Source of the DNA: Candidatus Thalassarchaeaceae archaeon
GTDB taxonomy: Archaea; Thermoplasmatota; Poseidoniia; Poseidoniales; Thalassarchaeaceae
Assembly (NCBI GenBank): GCA_030754395.1
Contig: JASMAJ010000001.1
Span: 1 to 35,947, forward strand
DNA: 35,947 nucleotides
Direction of reading: 5' to 3'
Part shown: piece by piece, positions 35,235-35,947 of the stretch
How the letters are laid out: the number at the start of each line of letters is the position of its first letter
Position numbering within the stretch: position 1 is the stretch's first letter
The notes under the pieces: generated by a model
Told to the model about the DNA's origin: nothing
The model's database searches: none
What the model saw: only the letters and a program-made list of their open reading frames with translations
Translations under genes and position numbers: made by a program

Positions 35235-35256
35235 AGCGAGCCACCGAGTAGGGTTC

Positions 35257-35265
35257 TCTATTTCA
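35257..35265 (-). promoter_or_regulatory. Candidate TATA box for tRNA-Gln
   Basis: TTGAAATAG (minus strand) is centred about 27 nt upstream of tRNA position 1. It resembles the TTCAAATAA found upstream of tRNA-Met. Confidence 0.35.
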
Positions 35266-35301
35266 ACAAAACCGCTTAACTAGTCCTTTGGTTCAAAAGC
35301 C

Positions 35302-35947
35302 TCAAACGCGGAATGAATTGTTTATTTCCTCTAATACATCCTTACTAGGTCGCATTTCATTTTCTGCAAGATCGATGAGTGGTGTTTCAGTCAGATCAAG
35401 GGCCTCATCTGCGGTTTTCATTTCTGAATTGTAATGTAACAGACCAGTCACGTGTCTGTTTTCCTTCTCCGCTTCGTGAATGGCTGAAAGAGCTGCAACT
35501 GCATCACTTGGGTCATGGTCATCTCCAATTGTTTCAAGTCGTAGTGTAGAGCCATCGAACAGTTTGATATCCTTGAACTCACCTTCTGGAATTTCTACTT
35601 CTTCGACAGGAGTGAAGTGAGGGATATAATCGACAGAATGTAATTCTTCATCATTGGCTTTGACATAATTGTATGATCTGTAAGATTCGTCATTATTTGC
35701 GAAGGTAACACATGGAGAAATGACATCTATAACGGCCATTCCTTTGTGTGAAAGTGCGGCTCTCATCAGTGCAGTGAGCTGTTTCTTACTTCCTGAGAAT
35801 GACCGTGCTACGAATCCGCATCCAAGATTGATAGCCATCTTACAGAGGTCAATTGGAGGATTCTCATTGGTGGTTCCTTTCTTTTTCTTTGATCCTTTTT
35901 CTACTGTTGCTGAGTACTGACCCTTGGTTAGTCCGTATACACCATTG
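35302..35947 (-). CDS. korB: 2-oxoacid:ferredoxin oxidoreductase beta (TPP-binding) subunit; 5' end outside the window
   Basis: The frame is open upstream of the first Met to the window edge (...NGVYGLTKGQYSATVEKGSKKKKGTTNENPPIDLCKMAINLG...). GVYGLTKGQ, GFVARSFSG and VISPCVTF are KorB/PorB-type blocks. Confidence 0.85.
   Translation of the reverse strand, partial: NGVYGLTKGQYSATVEKGSKKKKGTTNENPPIDLCKMAINLGCGFVARSFSGSKKQLTALMRAALSHKGMAVIDVISPCVTFANNDESYRSYNYVKANDEELHSVDYIPHFTPVEEVEIPEGEFKDIKLFDGSTLRLETIGDDHDPSDAVAALSAIHEAEKENRHVTGLLHYNSEMKTADEALDLTETPLIDLAENEMRPSKDVLEEINNSFRV

Overview
Gene-dense (about 90% coding) archaeal chromosomal window. Archaeal hallmarks are RadA, RNA polymerase subunit K (Rpo6), a Hel308/Ski2-type helicase, a Cgi121-like KEOPS subunit, an NFACT/Rqc2 homologue, and two A1:U72 tRNAs with encoded CCA (initiator-type tRNA-Met, tRNA-Gln CUG). 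Housekeeping and metabolic genes include pyrC, oligoendopeptidase F, an isopropylmalate-synthase-like enzyme, ctaA-ctaB (heme O/A synthesis, implying aerobic respiration), thiolase, tryptophan 2,3-dioxygenase, an aldo/keto reductase and a partial korB. Hand-counted 60-200 nt samples run from about 35% to 54% GC. The aerobic-heterotroph gene set plus very large acidic surface proteins fit a planktonic marine euryarchaeote (Marine Group II / Poseidoniales-like), but that is inference only. I saw no CRISPR array, transposase, integrase, rRNA or recognisable defence system. There is no unambiguous novel multi-gene system. The best candidates are surface-related. First, nt 2-6793 is a block of secreted or anchored proteins that includes a stand-alone protein built only of two dockerin modules, plus a small ORF sharing its N-terminal leader. 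Second, nt 16830-20606 encodes a ~1260-aa membrane-anchored kexin-like (S8 + P-domain) protease with ten thrombospondin-type-3-like Ca motifs and 3.5 tandem Cys-motif modules. It lies tail-to-tail with an M14-fold hydrolase whose Arg-rich N-terminal extension contains R-x-K-R motifs. Third, an orphan HExxH protein is divergent from the NFACT gene. Several track ORFs begin at TTG/GTG and overlap neighbours, so I moved those starts to the first plausible ATG. All family calls come from motif recognition by eye, not database searches.
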